This document shows positions 25,275-38,859 of a stretch of 64,000 bases of DNA, one piece after another. The stretch is taken from the NCBI RefSeq assembly GCF_036321535.1, contig NC_087436.1:75704001-75768000 (forward strand), given 5' to 3'. Source of the DNA: Camelus dromedarius (lineage: Eukaryota). The notes beneath the pieces were generated by a model. That model ran no database searches. It worked only from the letters and a program-made list of their open reading frames with translations, and was not told the origin of the DNA. How positions within the stretch are numbered: position 1 is the stretch's first letter; every line of letters begins with the position of its first letter. The position numbers were made by a program, and so were the translations under genes.

Positions 25275-25544
25275 AGGGGATGATAGCATTGGACATTGGG
25301 CGGTGGGAGAGAAGGGGAGGGGACAGACCAGAAAGGGGAAGCTGGGCATTGGGGGGGCTCTAGTAAAGAAAGAGGCCCCAGCCAAAGAGGGCCTCCCGCT
25401 ACCTTGCTTTTTGTTTTTTGTTTTCCTCCTCTCTCAAATTAAAGAACTAACATGTATGAGTGAGATCTCTGAGAGCAAATATTAAAAACAATTCAGAACT
25501 ACTCTAGAAAACAGGATGGTGCTTCCTCAAAATATTCCAAAAAA

Positions 25545-25880
25545 AATTTGGATACACGCTACAACCTAGATGAACCTTGAGGACATTATGCTAAATGAAA
25601 TGAGTCAGTAATAAAAAGACAAAATAGTATATGATCTCATTTATCTGAGATACCTAAATTCATAGAGACAGAAATAGAATTGTGGTTGCCAGGGTCTGGG
25701 GGAGGGGGAAGAGGGGTTTGTTGCTTAATGCGTATAGAATTGTAGTTCTGTGCCATGAAAAAGTTAAGTTCTAGAGCTCTGAGTATGAATATTCTCACTA
25801 CTGCTGAACTTTACACTTAAAAATGTTCAAAGTGGTACATTGTATGTTATACTTTTTTTTAAACCACAATTTTAAAAAAA
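25545..25880 (+). mobile_element. L1MB-like 3' end
   Basis: gatgaaccttgaggacattatgctaaatgaaatgagtcag...ctgaactttacacttaaaaatg...accacaattttaaaaaaa. Confidence 0.78.
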
Positions 25881-26386
25881 CCCCTCAGATTTCTGTAAGT
25901 ACTCTTATCACTAAGTTTTATCTGTTCTCTGTTTGTCTCTTACACACAAAAGCACATACACACCCAAACACAAGTGAGCAACCAAATCTATGCTTTTCTA
26001 CAAAACTGTAGATGATTTGTGGTTACCAGTGTGCAGTGAGTTTATTGGAGTGATATGATCGAAGGGAGGACTTTGGTTGGAATTTCAGTACATTACCGTT
26101 GAAGATGAAAGAGTAGCGGGTTTCCTAGGTCTGTATATTCTATCTAGAAGTGTTGCAACCCTCTCATTGTTTCAGATGTTGCATTACTACTTCCTTTGTT
26201 TAAAATTTTTGAATATGGGTAGCCGCATTTTTCAAAAGTTTGCATTACACCACTTTGTTTTTAGGAAAGACCTACATTAGTATAGGCACACCTTAGAGAT
26301 ATTGCACGTTTGGTTCCAGACCACTGCAATAAAGCCAATATCTCAATAAATTTTTTGGTTTCCCAGTGCGTATAGAAGTTATGTTT

Positions 26387-27157
26387 TGGAAACCATAGAA
26401 CTCCTAGAAGAAAACATTGCCAGAACAGTCTTTGACATAAATTGTAGCAATTTTTTTTGGATCTGTCTTCTAAAGCAATGGAAGTAAAAGCAGAAATAAA
26501 CAATTGAGGCCTAATTAGACTTAAAAGCCTTTGCACAGCAAAGGAAACCATTGACAAAATGAAAAGACAACTTACTAAATGGGAGAAAATATTTGCTATT
26601 GTTATGACTGATAAGGAGTTAATATCCAAAATACGTCAACAGCTCATACAACTTTACATCAAAAGAACAAGCAACCAAATTAAAAACTGGACAAAAGACC
26701 TGAATAGACTTTTTTCCAAAAAAGACATACAGATAGCCAACAGGCACGTGAAAAGATGTGCAACACTGATAGTCATCAGAGAAATGCAAATTAAGCCACA
26801 GTGAGATATCACCTCACACCTGTTAGAATGGCTGTCATCACAAAGACCACAAATAGCAAATGTTGGCAGGAATGTGGAGAAAAGGGAACCCTCAAACACT
26901 GTTGGTGGAAATGTAAATTGGTGTAGCCACTATGGAAAACAATATGGAATTTTCTCTAAAAACTAAAAATAGAACTACCATATGACCGAGCAATTCTACT
27001 CCTAGGTATATATCCTAAAAAAAACCAAAAACACTCATTTGAAAAGATACATGTACCCCAATGTTCATAGCAGTATGATTTACAATTGCCAAGGAAACAA
27101 CCTAAGCACCCATCAACAGATGACTGGATAAAGAGGATGTGATACACACACACACAC

Positions 27158-27206
<49 letters not shown>

Positions 27207-27620
27207 CGGAATATTACTCAGCCATAAAAAAGAATAAAATGTGGCCATTTGCAGCAACATGGATGGACCTGGAGGGCATTATGCCAAGTGCAGTAAGTCA
27301 AAGACAAATAATATATGGTATGATGTGTATGTGGAGTATAAAAAATACAACAAACTGGTGACTATAACAAAAAAGAAGCAGACTCACAGATATAGAGAAC
27401 AAGCTAGTAATTACAAGTGAGGGATGGGGCATAAGAAATACAAATTATTAGCTATAAAATAAGCCTCAATGTGGGGAATGTAGCCAATAAAAAGTTATAT
27501 TCAATACTTTGTAATAACCTATAATGGAAATTAATCTGAAAAAGAATATATAATATATGTGTAACTTAACCACTTTGCTGTACACCAGAAACCAACACAG
27601 CATGGCAAATCAACAGCAAT
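26387..27620 (+). mobile_element. 5'-truncated L1 (ORF2 C-terminus plus 3' UTR)
   Basis: ORF 26559-26804 reads [12 protein letters not shown]...[22 protein letters not shown]...IREMQIK, which is L1 ORF2p. The frame is broken by stops. Confidence 0.92.
27144..27204. repeat. (CA)n microsatellite, about 30 units with one interruption
   Basis: Directly visible; lies inside the L1. Confidence 0.95.
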
Positions 27621-29664
27621 AAAAATTTATGTTTACACTATGTAGTCTGTTGTGTACAATAGCATTGTCTAAAAAAGCAATGTGTGTACCTTAATTTTAA
27701 AATACTTTATTGCTAGAAAATGCTAACTATCATCTGAGCCTTCAGGGAGTTGTAGTCTTTTTGCAAGAGTGACATCAAAGATCACTGATCACGAATCACC
27801 AAAACAAATATAGTAATAATGAAAAAGTTTAAATATTGCTAGAATTACCAAAACATGACACAGAGACACGAAGTGAGCAAAATGGTGTTGGAAAAATGGC
27901 ACTGATGGTCCTGGTTGATTCAGGGTTGTCACAAACCTCAATTTGTAAAAACTGTAGGATCTGCAAAGAGCAATACAGCGAAGTGCCACAAAGACGAGGT
28001 ACGCCCGTACCTGCCTCCCTCACCGAAAGAAATCCAAAGTGGATTTCTGCTTTTGTGCCGTTGCCGTATTAATGTAGGTCTTTCTTAAAATCGAAGTGAT
28101 GTAATGTGAACTTTCGAATATCAGGGTACTCTTGGCTTTATGCCATTTCGGGTTCCGAAAGGTTTCATGCGAACGCTCTGCCTTCAGACAGCGGGGGAGC
28201 CTGTGTGTCTCTGCTCAGGGAGGGCGTGGACCGCTTCGCCCCGACGAGGGGGCCTGGTATCTTAACAGTCTGTGCTCTGTGGACTCAAGGTCTCTTGTCA
28301 CATGTTGCCGTTACATCTATAGCAAGCACTCAGGCATTCCACAACTTAGAATGTGTTGGGACATTTCTTCTGCAGATACTATAGCAGGTTTTTTCCCACA
28401 CGTGCCTTCTACAGTGCTGGTTTCTCCTACTCCGAGCTTTTTTCTCTTGGGTCAATGTCTAACTTTTACAGAATTATAATGAATGCAATTACTACTTGTT
28501 TGAACTCTCAAATTAGTATTTTTATTATGCTAGTATGATGTTTCTAAATTAGCTCATTGTCATTATAATCATCATGAACCATGATAACTTCCTAACCTAC
28601 TGTACACACTCCCTTCCCCACTCCAAACTCTAATTTGCAAAATGAGGAAGGAGAACACAGAGTTTTTCTGGAACCAAGGGGTAAAAGAAATTTTATAAAA
28701 ATGTAACTTCCCATAAGGATGATGCCTACGAACTTTGCCTTGAAGGAGTTCAGTCAAACGGTAGTTACACAATTAAAGCAGCAAGTACCTAGTGCAGCGG
28801 GCTCTCCCGGGAGCAGAATGCACACCATTCAGCCACAGTGCAGTTCTTCTCAGAACTCTCTAATTGGTGAAGAGGCAGACTCTTGAGCATGACCTTGAAC
28901 AAGTTATTCAGTCTCTCACTATGAGTATCCACCAGCCAGGGAGTTCGTCTGAGCCTTGGTGTCCAGAGCTTTTACTGGAGTTTTATTACATAGTCACGGT
29001 AGAACTTGGTCTCCAGTCCCCTTCCCCTCCCAAAGTGCCAGCCCTCTAATCATCCAGGGTTTGGAAGCATTAAGTCAGTTCGTGTAAAATGCATTAATAG
29101 AGCCTGGCATGCCGTGAGCCCTCAGTAATGTCGGAATCGTGATCATTTTGGTATATTCATTTTTTTTTCTATAAACATATACATTTCTAATTAAATCCCA
29201 GTAACTGTTTTAGTAAAGGAGCTGCTGCCTGTTTCCTGGGCCTGGTTTTATTGCAAATCAGCAGCATCCCCCTTCCCACTGGAATGATTCTCTCTGAGCC
29301 AACTGAAACCAAAGGATTTTCCCCATAAATATATGCTTTCTGACAACTCTTATTTTTAGTATTTTCATATATATATGAAAAGTTTTATATATATATGTAT
29401 GTATTACTTGATTTTATTTTTTAGAGCAGTTTTAAGTTCATAGCAAAATCAAGGAAAAGATACAGAGACTTGCTGTGCATTCCCCAGCCTCACACATGTG
29501 TAGCTCCCCCATTATCAACATCCCCCACTGGATGGTACTTTTGTTACAACCAATGAACCTACATTGACACATCATTATTTTCCAAGTTCCATACTTTATG
29601 TTACTTGCTGTTGTACGTTCTGTGGGCTTGGATGTTCATATATATTTAAAGGCATATAATGCCC

Positions 29665-30312
29665 TGTTCTCACTCCTGGTGGGTGGACGGCAGTACAATT
29701 CCAACACTACCCCGGGTTAGCATCAGACTCCACAGGTGTAGGGGCTCAGCCCTCACTTCAGACACCGGCTGCAAGTGTCAGAGTCACCTGCTTTGCTGAC
29801 CAGGGGCTATAAATTGGGGGAGGGAGGTTCCATGACTCTGTTCAGTAGTTTTTTAGAGTAACTAACAGAATTCCCTGTAAGAGCTATATTTACAATTACA
29901 CTTTTATTATAAAACCTACACATAGAGTAAAGTCTGGAAAGGCGCTGGGTGCAGAGCTTCAGTGCCTTGTCCCCCTGGAGTCAGGGTGCCTCCCTTCCCT
30001 GCACATCAGAGTATTCACCAGCCAGGGAGTTCCTCTGAGCCTCAGTGTCCAGAGCTTTTACTGGAATTTTATTACATAGTCACGGTAGAACTCAAGTCTC
30101 CAGACCCCTTCCCCTCCCAGAGTGCCAGCCCTCTAATCATGTGACTGGTCTTTTTAGTGGCCAGTCTGGTCCTATAGCTCCCTCAGGGCTACCAAGAGTC
30201 CCCTCATTAGCACAATAAAGACATTCCTATCCCTCAGGACATTCTAGTGATTTCTGAAGCTCTGTGGTTGGAACCCAGGACAAAGACCAGCTATATCTTC
30301 CTTATACCATGC
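29665..30312. mobile_element. MER21-like LTR
   Basis: caattccaacactacccgggttagcatcagactccacagg..cacttcagacacc..ccctctaatcatgtgactggtc..ggaacccaggacaaagacca. Homologous to 47860-48582. Confidence 0.72.
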
Positions 30313-33300
30313 ATATATAAGTATGTAAGTCATATCAAGCCTGCATAGAGTTTCCAAAATATCACATTCCTGGTTTGTTTTTGGTTTTTTTTTTTTTTTT
30401 TTTTTTGCTAAAATTATACCAACACAATGACACTGGTTATCTTATGCTGGTCAGAAGCTCTGGTTGGAAGTTACCTCTTTAATCATAAGTAAGACTGAAG
30501 AAAATGAGTTAATGTTTTGTAAGAGACTCAGACTGGCAGGCAGAATCACTCAAAACATGGGGCCCATGGAGAAGACATACAAAAAGGGATGCTTGTTGGT
30601 GGAAGGGTTGGGGGAGGTTTATTTAAGGTGGAAACTCACTGATAGGAGAAGCTAGTCCATGATAATGCGTCCTTGGTGAGAATTAGAGAGCATAGCTTCC
30701 TGTTTCCACCCCACCCATCCTCTCTTTCCTGGGAACAAGCTTGGTGCAGTTTGATGCATGAGAATACGATGTTCCCATTTCTGCAGCATAACCCAAAGGA
30801 AGGACACCAGTGGTAGGGCTCCCAGGAAAGGTGCAGTGTGCTAATGTGAGAGGGAACTTGGGGAAGGTAATACCTTTCCAGTTCTGCCCCGTGGATGACA
30901 TCAGCCCTGGGCATTGGGATGTTTTTGGTCCTGGGTATGGGGGATTTGCAAGAGCCCCATCCACGTTCATATTTCTTGCTTTGGTGGGGGCATACAAATA
31001 GACCTTTCTTTCCTGGTGTGTTTGCTGTTCCCAACAATGCAAACTTAAACAACGTGTGGCGAGAACACCTGTGTTCCCGGCACGTGGATGTGCTGAGTTT
31101 CTTCTCTGGTCTCCCTCCCTTCTGCTGCATCTCAGGGCTAGATGATCAGCTTTCTAACGGTTTTCACTGAAATAGACTTTTCACATCCCAAGCACTACGT
31201 ACAGTCATCAGGCTTGATTAGGTACTTTCTACATGATTGCAACTTCTTGTCTGATGTATGTTTCAAACCATGTTTCCTGAAGCTTCTTTAGGTAAATATT
31301 GGCACTCAGACACTTACACAATTGGTCCTCTGCAGGAAGTTAATGAAAAACAGGTTAGACCTGGATTTCAAATCAAAACATTAGAGACTTGTTTTAAGAC
31401 AAAGCCTGGAAAGAAATACCGTATAATCTGAGGAGAAGAAAGAGGAATGAATGGGATGAACATTAAGGGGCTGTTCTCTGCTGCTTCCTGACCCAAGTCC
31501 AACCACCCAGGAGTAAAAGTCCTTCTTTTATGTTTAATCATAATAAAAAGTGTAATTTTCCAATCTAATCTGTAGCCGTTGAAGAAGCCTGGTAAACTAA
31601 AGGCAAAGAAGCAAAGAAAAAGTTTTAGGTTGAGAACAAAGAAGGTGAAGGGGAGAAGGTTTGACTTGATTCTCTTAAAAGTCTATTTTTGGGATGGATG
31701 TTAAGCTGTTAGAAAAACTAAGTATTTTAGAGTACTGAGCAATAAGATTAATACAGAGGTCTCATATGAATTAAGAGAATAACTCAAAAGGGCAGAAGAT
31801 TCTCAAGTTTGCCCCTTCCTCCATTGTCAGACCTTTGTTCCTTTCATTTTCAACTGTTTGTGTTTGATAAATACCTCGCCTAGGTTCTGGAGGCATGTGT
31901 AAATAAGAGTAGAGACAGCCTCACGAGAACAGGATTTACAAAAGGTGAAGAATGCATTTGTCAAATTTTTGAGATATGGCATAGAGCTCTGAAAGTCTGG
32001 TCGTGGCATTTGAGAATTAGCAACGTAAGCAAGACCTAGAACAAGAAAGCATTTCATATTCACTCATTCATCCAGCAGGTATTTACTAAGCATCTGCCAG
32101 ATGCTCTTTTAGATTCTGAGGGTACAGTAGACAAAGAAAAATAAAATCCTGGAGCTTACATGACTGATTTTATTAGGGAAGACAGCTAATAAACAAAGAA
32201 ATAGATGTATAATCTATAAAGTCAGTTTTGAGTGCTCTGGAGAAAAGCAGAGATGGAGCATGAAAGTGATGAGGTGTGTTATTTTCTGCTGAGACATGTG
32301 AGCAGAAGTCAACGTGGAGTGACGGAGTGAGCAGGGAGGATATCCAGGCAGAAGGAACAGCAGGTGTACAGCTCTGACCGGAAGAACAGTAAGAAAACTC
32401 CCACGAAGTGATAGGAGGGGGTGAGGAGATTTGGGAAGGCAGTACAGTTCTCTTTTTTTTTTTTTTTTGTTACTGCAGGATCCTCCCAGCACCACTGAGA
32501 ATCCCAATAGTCCCAGCAGCCTTTGCATGAACTATTGAAGAAGTTTCCATTGTCTAGGTTTGTGTTGCGTTAGGAAGCATTCTTAAATCTGTAGCAACTT
32601 GTGAGGATTGTCACTTCCCAAACACACTCATACAGAGCCCATAAGATCATGCATTTTAACATCGTGTCAGGTGGGTATTAATGACCTTGGTCATGGATGC
32701 AATAAATGTTCTTTCCAGAATGTTACAAACAGTAAATGTCCCTGGTCTTAGTCCCACCCAGGTAGATTCCCATTCGCATAGAAGTGAAGTGGGAGGAGAG
32801 TGGGTGTCACCACTGTACTCCCCAAATCCAAAGCTGCCATTCTCCAGCCAAGGACTCCTTTAAGAAGATGTAGATGATGATACCGGATTCCTCACTTCAG
32901 TGAGCCCAGTTCTATCTATCTTCCACACTTAGAGTGAAGGTCCATTAAATGGAAGGTCCCCACAAGATGGAGTTAGTTATGCATAGAGCCGAAGACATGG
33001 CCAGAAGAACCACAACAGTCTTTAATTCTCTGTGGCCCTTGGCCAAGAGGAGAGTTTGGTCATGATGTATCAGTTAAGTTAAGCTCCTGACTTTGATTGT
33101 GGTACAAAAAGATAATCCTCAGATACTGGTGCTAGATGATTCAAAAGATGAATATAACTTATTTATAATCTACTGCAAACAAATATTGAAAATTATTCTA
33201 AGAAGGAAGTTTGTGTTGATGAAGTCTTTCCAGGAGCTCAGTGTTTCAAGTTCATTCCAGGTGGTCGGGTTCCCTACCTTTGACAGAGAACCACTGAGTG

Positions 33301-35358
33301 CTTGACGAGCCAGGGAGGAGGATGCGGTAGAGTCACTGGAAGCATCCCCGGTGCACCAGGCATCCTTCTGGGCTGTGGAACCAGCTTTGAAAGACCTGGA
33401 GTGGCCTGTGGTGCTGAAAGAGGTCACTTACGTAGTCCTGACATCTTCCAAACCTCCTGGAATACCATGGTCACTTTGACGTCTAGACCGTCGATATTTG
33501 AAGGAAGCAACTTCATCAGGCAGCCAACTGTCCAGTGTCGCCTTGGAGAAATTCCACACTTTGGGGTGTCATTGTCTTGCTTCCACCTACTTCCAGCAAA
33601 CTCACTCACAGGTATTTATTAAGCCCTTATCTGCAGGCTAAGGACTGGGCTAAGAGTTGGATATAGTGTGAATAAAATGAAAGGTCTCTGCCCAATGGAA
33701 CTTTAATTTCAAGGAAGTGGGGACAGAGATAAACAGTGCAAGGTGTTACTGAATGCTGAGCGCCCTAAGAGGGAGAGGATGCTGAGGCAGAGAATAACAA
33801 GAGAGGATCCTCCCAGGTCAGGTGCTCCGGGCAGACCTGTCGGAGGAGATGGCCTTTAATCGAAGACTGAAGGCAGAAAAACATTCCAGATAAAGGGAAC
33901 AGCGTGAACAAAGACATGAAGATGAGAAAGAGATCGGCATGGACCAGCTGGACTTCCAGAGAACTGGCCTGGGATATGGGCAAAGGGACAGTCGACCCCA
34001 GGTGATCGTGATGACGGAGGTTGGGCCAGACCCCGCAGGCTGTGCGGACAGTGCAGGGAACTTGGACTTTATTTGCTATCCAGTAGGAGGTCAGAGGAGG
34101 GTGTTCCAGAGGGAAGTGCCATGCCCAGACTTCGATCTCTCACAGATCCCTGGCTGCTGTGTGGGAAATGTCTAAAGGTGGTCATAGTAGGAAGCCAGGA
34201 GGGAGACTCGGGCAGGTGTCCCCGTCCAGAGGAGTGATGATGGTGACTTGGATGACAGCAGTGCCAAAGACAGTGGGTAGAAGTACACAGGAGATTCTTT
34301 TTCTGAGAGGATCTCAACAGGTCTTGCAGATGATTGCGTTTGGAGGGAAAGAGAAAAAATTAAAGGGGACCTCCAGCTTTCTGGTGGTTGTTGGTGCCAT
34401 TGAAAGTGCTGGAGCATGTGTAGCTATTATGGAAAACAGGATTGGCATCTTGTGTTTTTTCTCTTTCATCCATCCTTCTGAGTATGAATGTTGAACTTCC
34501 TGGAAACCCAGTGCACTTTCGGGAAGAAATAGATATTTCCCGAGTCCAGGACAGAGTGGCCTCTGTGAGGGATGGTAGCAGACAACTCTCCAGCCCCAGC
34601 GTGGCTCCCTCAGTGGCTTCAAGGTATCACGTGCTATGACTGACACCCACAGGATAGCTTTAGAGAGTCAGGGAAAATGAAATAGGGATGAAGAAGACTC
34701 AACCCAGCCTAGTGATTCAGAGCAAAGACCGATGAGGCTGACCACGTGCTGGCCGTGTGGCCTTGGGCACCGGCTTTATTGTCACCTGCGAGCGGGATCT
34801 ACTCTGCCTTGTAAGTTTGCTGTGAGGGCTGAACAAGCTAGCGCAGGAAACATTAGCACGTGGTGAGGAGCAGCAACTGTTATTAATGTAAAGATCTCCT
34901 GTTTCTCCCCCCCTTTTTATTTAGACAGTCCTTGCTGTAAACTTATTTTCGAACTGGTTTCAGGATCATGTTCCCTTTCAGGGCATCTGAAGGTCTTTGA
35001 GAAAAGAAAAGCAACACAATGTGTTTAAGGGATGTGGATGGAAATCTGATCAAACACGATTAAAAAAAAAAGACTTTGCTGAGTATTCACGTGATGTCTT
35101 GTACTAGTGCTGACCCTCTGTTAGGGTAGCAGGTTCGTGGAAATCAATGAAGTCAAGTGATTCGCAATCTAATTGTCAAAGAATTAAGCCTGCAGTGAAG
35201 CAGGCGCTGCAGGCAGTTTTGTTTGGCTGTAAAAATGCCAACATTCCTGCAACAATGAGCTCATTGTCACATTCTTCCTCTCCACCCCCGTAAAAGAATC
35301 TGTGACTTGTTTGCTCATTTTTGTTTTGGTTTTCTGGGCAGCTAAGAAGGAAATAGTG

Positions 35359-35540
35359 CAGTGATTCTCAAACATGTTAGTGCATTACAATCCTCTAGAG
35401 GGCCTGTGAAACGCAGATCCTGCATCTTAGCCCTGAGTTGTTGATTCCAGACTTGGGTGGGGCCCGAGAACCTGCATTTCTAGTAAGTTCCTGGTGATGC
35501 CGATGCTGCTGGTCCAGGAACCTCACTTTGAGAACTGCTA
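35359..35540. mobile_element. MER5A-like hAT MITE
   Basis: cagtgattctcaaac...gggtggggcccgagaacctgcatttctagtaagttcc...cactttgagaactgcta. Confidence 0.8.
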
Positions 35541-36365
35541 ACATGGAGTGCCCTGAGGCCTCATGGTGGGGCGGAGAGCCCGGGCATCTTAGTCCCAAGC
35601 AAGTGGGTTCAGATGCTGGGGCTGTTCTTAGCAGCAGACTTATGTTAAACAAATAATCTCTCTGAGATCCAGTTTCTTCCATTTTTAAATGGAAATAATA
35701 AAATCCCCCTCGCTGAGGTCATTGTAAGAGTTTAAGAAGATGTGTGTGAAGCACCTTGTTCACTGCCTGGCATGTGTTAGTTTAAAAGAGTCTATTCGTT
35801 TCCTTCACTGTAAGGTATTTGTGTGTAAGTCATGCATTTATTTCTGAATGTTTGGGGCAACCACGTCCATCAAATGAATAATACTGCTTATTTGAATGAC
35901 TGAAGCAGTTCAAAAGATTCCACTAAGATTCCACTTCATAATTCCTGTGCCATTTTTCAAGCTGGTGTGTGTGTGTGTGTGTGTGTGTAGCTTATTCCTT
36001 TTAATTAAATGAATAGTTTCTCCCCATTTAATTCTTATTAGGTAGCAAACTGCATACGGGACTGGGAATTTCACCCTTCCAGTTTTGTGCATTGGAATTG
36101 GAACGTCAGCATATTTTGACATGTAGGCAGCAGAGGGCAGTGAAAAGGTTGCAGCTGGAATGGAAACCCTGAGTTTTCATAATTCCTGAACAATTAGAAT
36201 CTGACTGCAGTTTTGCCTTTTTTGGGTTCAGAAGCAACCGCGTACATGTTTGCCTGGCCCAGAGGCACCTGGGGAGCCTCCTAAACTTGTAGAGTCTAAC
36301 ATCTCATTTCTAAAGACTGTGAAGCCAGATGTCTAGGGCAGGGCCTGGTCATGTGCATTTTAAAG

Positions 36366-36839
36366 TGTCAATGAAAAATTAATCAGTTGATCTAAGAAAA
36401 AAATGGAAAAATTTGTTCAAGGCGAATGGAGGATTATAACCTGGGAGCAGCCTCTCAGAAAGCTCTGAGAACTACTCCACCTGTTAGAAGTCACAGCACA
36501 GTTAATGTAAGTTTTTTGAGACTGAGGGCTGGACATTAAGTGACATGTCACTGACAGTTTTCATGATCCAGATCTGCAGGTACAAAGTGGTGGGTCCTCG
36601 TGACCCCTTACAAGGTCAAGGAGGAATGTTATCTTTTAAGGAGTTGTCTTGTTGATGCCAGGAGCATGTTGCTGTTTATGGCTGAGCAGATGTTTCTGCC
36701 AATGGAGAGGTTTGGTCAATGCATCGTGTGGATGCACAAAGCACAGGAGTGGGGAGAGAGGAGCCCAAAGGGCAGAGAAACGTCTTTTTTAGGTTTAAAT
36801 TTTTCTTGTCTTGCCATAAAATGTGAATTTTACTTTACA
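36366..36839 (-). mobile_element. Solo ERV LTR (474 bp) with a 4-bp target duplication AAAG
   Basis: aaag|TGtcaatgaa...tactttaCA|aaag. TG..CA ends with a 4-bp duplication are typical of ERV1. Orientation is inferred. Confidence 0.72.
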
Positions 36840-38055
36840 AAAGAATCACCCCAGGTGGCGGCGAGACTACATTTCAAGAAAGAGGAGGAATGAGCAGGAT
36901 GGTCATGACTGCTTTCACACTCAGACACACTCAGATGCCGCTTCTTAACTAGCTACGTGGACTTAGCGGATTCTCCAATCTTCCTAAATCTTGGTGTCTC
37001 ACATGTGAAATGGGTCACTGTAACTCCGTCAGCAAGGCTGCTATGCAGGCTTCAGTTAACATGCATAATGTGTCAGGAGGCACTCAGATGCTCTAGTTCT
37101 GGGAAGCTGCTTCTCACATGCCAGACAAGGAAGGTGAACAGATGAAATAAACATGACAGTTCATTAGATGCGTAAAACGGAAATGAAGCCAGTTGGCTGT
37201 GTGAATCCATAAAGTATTCACTAAGCTTTGAAGAAAGAGAAGTGGCCAAAGATTATGTTGAAGGGACTGATTTCTTACAGGTGGTTTAGATCAGGCGCAT
37301 TCACAACTAGTTTCTAACTTGTTGTAGTTAATTTTTTTAGAATCAAAACTCTTTTCTTTTGGACTCTTTAAGATGAAATGATGTTGGATTGTATTGAAAC
37401 AAGTTGTTCAATCTAATCTGTTGAATCAGCCGACGATCATTTTTAACTGTGCCAGAACATTAATTTCCCATTCTCTTTAATGTGAGAAGATAATGTCTTT
37501 TCATAAAAATATTAAACACTGTAGGAAAGCCCAAATGAAGCCATCTTAATGCGAGACAACAGAGCCAATAGTATTTAGTAATAGGATAGGGAAGTCAGTT
37601 TAGAAAGAAAACATTGTTACTGTAGAGACAGATTTTTATTCAGAGTTAGGAAATACCATATAAGTACATGTTTACTTGAGTTTTTCTCAATTTCTCTTAA
37701 GCAGTTTTAAGATATTTTATTCTGTCTGTAGGATGATTCTTCCCAACTTACTGCCATGTTTCTAATTTATGTGCTTAAAATTAGTATTGTGGCATTTTTT
37801 AATTCCATGCTATTCCGGAAGACCTGTGTCAGTGAAGCTTTCAAAAGGGAATTTATCAGCCACAATTGTTCATCCATTAAACAAAGCTCAAGAACAGACA
37901 GTCCTAAAAGGTTTTCATTATGGGTCCTCTGGTGTAGAATTCCCCGAGGACAGCAGTCAGCATTAATGAAAACATCTTGAAGTCTGCAAGCCACAATTAC
38001 TTCTGTGAGAGATGCAGTAAAGAGTTTTGAATCATCACTTTAAAAAAAGAGGATG

Positions 38056-38419
38056 TGTTAACCAAACTCAGGTTCAGCTGCTCGCCACTCAAAAGCCAGT
38101 AATCAAGAGGCAGGTGTCAATAGAAAGGAAAGGTGTTTTAATCAGAAAAGCCAACAATCTGGGGAGAAGGTGGACTCATGTCCAGAGACCAGCTCCAGAG
38201 ATTCTGTTCAGCTGTGAGTTTTGGCTGTTGCAGGTAGAGAGTTAATCATTCTGTAGCTGCTTAACTAACTTCATTCTTCTTTTTATCTAGGAAAAGAATC
38301 AACAAAGTAGGCAAGTTAGTTTCAGTTGCTTAGTGATCTCATTCCTATAATTAGGTTCTTTTAAGATTAGAGGGGGGCATAAGTGAGCAAGTAAGAAAGG
38401 GGCAAAAGAGCTGCTTTCA
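38056..38419 (-). mobile_element. ERV1-type LTR remnant
   Basis: gatg|TGttaaccaaactcagg...gctgctttCA|gagg, an imperfect 4-bp duplication. Confidence 0.6.
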
Positions 38420-38771
38420 GAGGTAGGAAATTCCCACTTTCTCATGGCTTTCATGCAGATGCCACTTTAAAGATAGTATTCTTCAATCACCAGGATGAAC
38501 ACAAGTCATTGCTCTAGAGAATGAATGTTTTATGTTTCCAAATTGCTATACAAGAGAGAAAAAGAAGGAGGCCTATTGTATATGTGGTAGTTGTTGCATT
38601 GCCTGCATGTCCAGGGCAGAGAGACTCTCTTGAACTACTCCTGAAGTGATAAGAAGGTGTGCGACTTATGGGTTTGTTATGGGTTTCCAGTGGGCATAGG
38701 GGATTATGCATATGTAGTATAAATAAAGATGTCGTTTTGAACCAGTGAGACTGTCAGATATTTTTTTCTAG

Positions 38772-38859
38772 GTTGGACACCGAGGGACAGTGAGAGATTA
38801 TCCAGGTTTTAGCCCATCAGTGGATGCTGAAGCTATTCGTAAGGCAATCAGAGGAATCG
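38772..38859 (+). CDS. ANXA3: ANXA3 exon 3
   Basis: ctag| to G|gtaagt, 88 bp. VGHRGTVRDYPGFSPSVDAEAIRKAIRGI(G). Confidence 0.96.

Larger units (their letters stand above)
26283..28008 (-). mobile_element. Tigger1 deletion derivative split by an L1 insertion (halves about 26283-26386 and 27621-28008)
   Basis: Left end aggcacaccttagagatattgc..ggttccagaccactgcaataaagc and right end aagacgaggtacgcccg|ta. The halves join at the duplicated aa(g/t)ttatgttt. Confidence 0.8.

Noticed and set aside
26559..26804. Active reverse-transcriptase or retroelement gene
   Set aside because: Only a 5'-truncated ORF2 C-terminal piece interrupted by stops; no endonuclease or RT domain.
29362..29381. 20-bp perfect palindrome ttttcatatatatatgaaaa
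   Set aside because: Mostly (AT)n next to an L1 tail; expected by chance.
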